A stretch of DNA of 64,000 nt from Takakia lepidozioides. Taxonomy: Eukaryota; Plantae; Bryophyta. Both the position numbers and the translations under genes were made by a program. Below are positions 59,114-64,000 of the stretch, piece after piece. Location: the NCBI GenBank assembly GCA_030704615.1, contig CM060731.1, positions 80,414,001 through 80,478,000 of the forward strand, in the 5' to 3' direction. The stretch's first letter is position 1, and each line of letters begins with the position of its first letter. A model generated the notes under the pieces. The model worked only from the letters and a program-made list of their open reading frames with translations. It did not search any database and was not told where the DNA came from.

Positions 59114-60475
59114 ATGGCAGCTGCACCCATGGAAGACCAACTTCATCGAGCCCTCCTCCAGAAGTGTAAGACCAACACTCATCTGTCGGGCCTCTCTTCC
59201 CGTCTCCTCAGGCAAGTCAACTATCATCTTCCCTCTCATCGGGAGCATGAAGGTAAATTGCTTAAGGTAGTTCATTTTCAAGGGCAAGAGACTGCCGTGG
59301 AGGTCCCTACTAGGAGCTCTATGCATGCGTTGCTTGAGCTTTACCATTGCTCATTATATGTTGCTCATCTAGGCGTTGACAAAACTGTCAAGCGGCTCCA
59401 AGAAAAGTACCATTGGAAGGGGTTAACTAAGGATGTGGCAGATTTCATTTCTAAGTGTGTTCCATGTAAGTCTAAAACATTGTTGCCTCGGACCGTAGCT
59501 CCTCTTAAATTACAACCAATTCCGGTGACTGATATGTTTGCCCGAGTTGGTCTTGATCTTGTTGGACCCCTCCGAACTACGACTAAGGGCAATAGCTACA
59601 TTGGTGTGGCTACTGATTACATGTCTAAGTGGGTTGAGATCCGACCGTTGGTTGCTAAGGACAGTGATGAGGTGGTTCAATTCTTCTTTGATGAAATCCT
59701 GCTACGCCATGGTTGTCCCCTTGAAATTTTAACTAATCAGGGTATGGAGTTTTGTAACCAGCTTATGGAGGTTGTGTGCTTTAATTTAGATGTCAAGCAT
59801 CGCTTGACTGCTCCCTACAACCCCCAGTGCAACGGGCTTACAGAGAGGTTCAACAAAACCATGTGCCAGTTGTTAGAAAAGAACGGGGCTCTCACTGAAG
59901 ACTGGGATGTTACTCTACCCATTCTCATATTTGCCTACAGGACCTCGGTGCATGCCAACACTCGTTTTTCCCCTTTTGAGTTATTGTATGGCCGCAAGGC
60001 TCGCACCCCTCTTCATGTCCCTGTGCTTCAGACTCAGGTTGCAGAGCCCATCATATGGGAAGACTTTCTTACTCACCTCACTTCTCATCGTTTACGTTCA
60101 TTAGAAATTGCTAAGCACAACATTCAGGTTTCTCAAGTTGCTCAGGCTCGAAATTATAACCGTAGGGTTGTTTACTCTGAAAAATTTTCTCTAGGCCAGA
60201 CTGTTTGTGTTCGATTGCAGCCTGGCAAACAGGTCACCAAATCCAAGATGCGGATTGATGGGCCTTATCTGATTCATGCGATTGTGTCTGGTTGGCAGTA
60301 CCGTCTTCTTCCTCAGCACCCTTCCACGGCGGAGATTGCAGGGACTGTTCATGTTTCTCAACTGGTCCCTTCTAAGCTGCAGTTTGATTTGACCTGCATC
60401 AACGTGGAGAATCGGCATGTGGTGTTAACTCCGAAGAAATGTGCTCGGCTTGATTCTGCTTCCATTTCTACCTAG
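59114..60475 (+). CDS. Integrase of element C (HHCC, D-N-E with second Asp mutated, GPY motif, no chromodomain)
   Basis: H..HLGVDKT..C..C, GLDLVGP, TNQGMEF, NGLTERFN, DGPY. Confidence 0.92.
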   Translation: MAAAPMEDQLHRALLQKCKTNTHLSGLSSRLLRQVNYHLPSHREHEGKLLKVVHFQGQETAVEVPTRSSMHALLELYHCSLYVAHLGVDKTVKRLQEKYHWKGLTKDVADFISKCVPCKSKTLLPRTVAPLKLQPIPVTDMFARVGLDLVGPLRTTTKGNSYIGVATDYMSKWVEIRPLVAKDSDEVVQFFFDEILLRHGCPLEILTNQGMEFCNQLMEVVCFNLDVKHRLTAPYNPQCNGLTERFNKTMCQLLEKNGALTEDWDVTLPILIFAYRTSVHANTRFSPFELLYGRKARTPLHVPVLQTQVAEPIIWEDFLTHLTSHRLRSLEIAKHNIQVSQVAQARNYNRRVVYSEKFSLGQTVCVRLQPGKQVTKSKMRIDGPYLIHAIVSGWQYRLLPQHPSTAEIAGTVHVSQLVPSKLQFDLTCINVENRHVVLTPKKCARLDSASIST

Positions 60476-60730
60476 ACTTCCTCATCACCCTGTCTTTTCC
60501 GCTACTCCCTCCCTAGGCTCTCTATCAGTTTCTTTCTCGTTCTTCAGGTTGCACACCTCACAAGCTAGGATTTTTTCACATCAAAGTTTTGTCCTTCGCT
60601 CAACTTGCAGAGCACGGTTTTCCTTGTTGCGGTTTTTTCATCCTATCTTGGTGTAACCATGAGTGACCCTGCTGTTTATTTAGCTTGCTCACTGGAGCTC
60701 GCTTCTCTGTGTGTCAGGAGGCTTTACATA

Positions 60731-61220
60731 TGTAATCTACTTTTTTGTCATTGGATGAACAGATGATTGGATGATGACCGGTGAAAAAAGGTTTGGATGA
60801 AACAGCTGGAGACAATCTATTTTTAAACTAAGTATTGTCTTTTGTTAATAGCTAGTTTATCTCTAAAATAGAATGAGGTGGCATCCTATCTGGATAGACA
60901 CCCGGATGGCATTCAGGTGACCAATCAAGACATGCCACTTGGTCAGATAAGATTGTGGGCCTTCGTTTATAAAAAGGATCAACACGACGCTTAAGGCGGC
61001 GGTGTATGTTTGGTGTAAAACCCTATTGTACCTGTGTGTGAGTTTTGGATGAAAGGGCTGTGAATAAGGATGTGCTGTTAGGTTGGGTGAATGATTCTGT
61101 CTCCTCTACCTTGGATCCTGCCTATCTCGCTAGCCTGCTTTACCAAGCATACATTCCCCTTATAGCTCGATACCCCGGGAGGAAGAGGAATAACGGGGTG
61201 GGCGAGAATCTGGCTTTACA
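60731..61220 (+). repeat. 3' LTR of element C (ends GAGAATCT-GGCTTTACA)
   Basis: Direct repeat of the 5' LTR plus 9 extra terminal bases. Confidence 0.93.
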
Positions 61221-62099
61221 ACATGAGATGAGAAAACATTTATTTTCTTAAGAATAAAATTACAAAATAGACGCCCAATGCCCATGGGCCCTTCCAGGCT
61301 CCAGCCACCTTTCGTTTCCTTTGAAACCCTAATATGATGACATTGTGGAGTCCATGCAAGGGCCTTTCGAAGTTACATGGAGCTCTCACAAATAGATTGC
61401 GATTTGTAGGAAGTTATTTCCGCACGCATATATTTGTATTGATTTTTATTCAATGAAATTTTGATCTTATTACAAACAACATGAGAGGAGGCTTGCAAGT
61501 TTTTTGTTGGAATTTTTGGGTAACAATTAGGCCAAAATCTGAAAAATTCACAGAATTGGTTAGGCCCTTTCATTTTGAATTAATTATAGCCTAAACGGTT
61601 GTCTAGGGACGGTATAAATACATATAGTGAGAGGAACCCCCTACCACTCAAAGACACCCTACAACTAGTTCTAATACACACACACAGATACATGGAGATA
61701 TTAGGTGTTGCCCGCAAAACACGTTTAGACAAATATGGAACAACATGCACTACCACTCTGAATGAGCGGGTTATATGGACAAATATAACTCCTGGGAAGT
61801 GGAGGAGAAACTCTTCGTGTTGATTCTTACACGGAATTTCAAATCCAGCTGATAGCAGACCACCACAGATGAACCAATTCAACGTTTTTCCATCGACAAC
61901 ATAGAAAAGAACTGCATGAACTGCAACCACTGGACAACACCTACATACACCCACCATGGAATTTGATAAACCTGAAAATCTTCAATGGGTGCAATCCAGA
62001 AATTCCAACCGATGGGATGAGAAATTACGATGTTGTAGGATGAATGCTATAGAAGAAAGGGTACGTGTACATGGGTCAAGACTCAAGACTCAAGATGTC

Positions 62100-62390
62100 G
62101 GTGTAGGGAAAGGTCCGAGTGAAGGGGGTTCCTAATTTGAGGGCCCCCAGCCATGACGTGAACTAGTCAACCACATGTCGTATGCACCATGTTCTACATG
62201 GCCACATGAAGTTGGTATAGGGGAAAACCGGAGTAGAGGGCATTCCTGATTTGAGGGCCCCAAGCCATGCCGTGAACGTTCCAACCAGTCAACCACATGT
62301 CGTGTGCACCATGTTTTGCATGGCCGGGTGAGTTTGGTGTAGGGGAGGCCGGAGTGGAGGGCGTTCCTGATTTGGGGCCCCAGCCCTACA
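62100..62390. repeat. Tandem repeat, ~114-121-bp unit x ~2.4
   Basis: TTCCT(A/G)ATTTG(A/G)GG at 62129, 62243 and 62364; AGTCAACCACATGTCGT occurs twice. Confidence 0.85.
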
Positions 62391-64000
62391 GCGCTAGCCG
62401 AAGGGGAAGGCCTGAAAACTAGGAGGGCCTTTACTGACGTATGTAAATCTTTGGAGTACTTGAGGATTTTTTCAACGCGCCAAAGATTTATGCTTGTTGG
62501 CAAGAGTAAATACAGCGGACCTATGAATGTGGTAGTAGACAATAGTTCGGACTTGATATTAAAGGTTGTCGCAACATAAAGCACACACTACCATGTGTAA
62601 TAACTTTGAAGTGGGGTACCTTAAAAAAAAAAAAAAAAAAGATGGAAGTCATGTGAAGCCTCAAAGTGAGCGTGAAGAATATGAACCGACTTTTAACAAC
62701 AAGGGGCAAGCAAGAAGAGACGAGCAGTGCGCGAGAGGAGGGTCATCGCGGGGTTTTCTGACACAAGAGCTCTCATCCACAGCGTGCTTGACACGAATTC
62801 ACATATACTGCAACACCAAAGTACCCAAAGTACACCGCTTGACCTGTGTCATGCCGCCGCTTTATACGAAACCCTAGCTGCTTGCTTGTATGCCGCGTGG
62901 CGAGGCGCAATCAGCTGAGCCCGCGGGGCCTGTTTCTAGCCTTGGATCAAGCGGATGGCCCAGATGCTCCCACCATCCTAACTAACCCCTAGCCTAACCA
63001 TGAGTGTAACCGTTTAATGGTACACTAAGCCAAAAATTTATACGGATGAATGAGTATTGTCGCACGGATGAAATAGGAAAATTAGGGATGAGGAGAGTTT
63101 GGGCCATCACAGCCCTTTATATCATCATTAAAGAACGTGGAAAAATTAACCATGTTAGGAGGCCATGAAAGACGTGTACATCAAAAAACTCATGGGGTGA
63201 CACCCAGATACTGTCCACTGAGGGGATGCTTAAGTGCAAAGCCAGGGAGAGTCTGTCTTTATTATAGTAAGTGAGAATGGGGCTGTAAGTTCGAAACCAG
63301 ATGCAGAGGAAAAAGAGGCCGGCACCAAAAGAGCTCCTGGCATATGTATGGTTGACTAGATGATTAGTGAACTGAGTAGGCTGTCCTAAACAACAAACTG
63401 TGAAGGCACAATCATAGGTACTTGGGGAATGTATGGGGGCAGAGCCGAGTCTGAACTAGGAAGAGTCATTAATTGTATGCCATGGATTAAAGACCAGAAA
63501 AGCTACCAGCTAGACTGTGCAGAGAAACAACAGATATCAATCTTCTACCCCTTTCGACTAAGGGTTCAAAATCAGTGGGCTTTGATTCTTGAATCCATGT
63601 TCTTCCAATGATGCCAAGTTATCTCCTCATTGTGTTCCTTCCACTAGAGATGGCCATTGGCTAGGGGCCGGGGCTTGAGGGATCACTTGCCGGATGATGC
63701 CTTGGTGAGCCCATGCAGCATCAAAGGTCGAGGGGAGGGCTCGCCGTTTGGCTTCAGCACATATGCATACTGCCAACAAAAGCAATTTCCTCAATTTCCT
63801 TCCCTCGAGAATTAGATCAAAATATATTCGGGCAACATGTGGACTACCAACCGGTAGAAACTTGTAGGATAAAGCAGCCCTAGAAGGTGCTTCACTTGTT
63901 TGAGCATTTTGTCATGGAGGCGTTAATCCTAGTGGTGAAGGCGAGAACAAGGGGTTGTGTGGAAGTGTGGACCCCACACCAAGCATTTATGGAACATCAA

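Larger units (their letters stand above)
53396..61220 (+). mobile_element. Full-length non-chromovirus Ty3/Gypsy element C with extra 5' ORF, dUTPase-like domain and permuted LTR ends
   Basis: TGTAA...TTACA termini, 4-bp TSD ACAT (53392-53395, 61221-61224), gag-PR-dut-RT-RH-IN order. Confidence 0.95.
53264..61612. mobile_element. ~520-bp MITE (24-bp TIRs, TA TSD) split by the Gypsy insertion
   Basis: TA-CCGTCCCTGGACAACCGTTTAGGC ... GCCTAAACGGTTGTCTAGGGACGG-TA. Confidence 0.85.

Noticed and set aside
62650-64000. Possible further LTR or element at the window end
   Set aside because: Only short similarity to element C LTR motifs (AAAGGGCTGTG, GGATG); no boundaries, TSD or coding motifs identifiable.

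Overview
Eukaryotic, streptophyte-type (plant or charophyte-like) nuclear DNA made mostly of nested transposable elements around one host gene. The host gene is a 7-exon PALE CRESS (PAC) homologue (+ strand, 38637-52070, 327 aa); its ~9.9-kb third intron holds two antisense copies of an APE/RT LINE. Other mobile DNA: two copies of a chromodomain Ty3/Gypsy element (1-1923 truncated; 15330-22057 full length, 5-bp TSD); a different Gypsy element (53396-61220) inside a TA-flanked MITE; two CACTA elements; a second MITE with a nested tRNA-derived SINE; several 5'-truncated LINE pieces. Most unusual: (1) the 53396-61220 Gypsy has permuted ends (A-internal-B-TA-A-B), as expected if it integrated from a circular intermediate at an internal palindromic att site, and it also carries a dUTPase-like domain and an extra 5' ORF; (2) 4856-28357 is an array of six diverged, mostly alternately oriented, apparently non-coding ~2-3 kb monomers sharing a terminal hairpin, directional CATCY-N5-RGATG dyad arrays and a covarying ~95-nt stem-loop; (3) a CACTA transposase locus with a SET-domain-like segment; (4) a tail-less LINE family ending ATGAGTAC that inserts at TCT/(TC)n sites. 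All alignments were made by eye with no database searches. Some frameshifts lie in homopolymer runs and may be sequencing errors.
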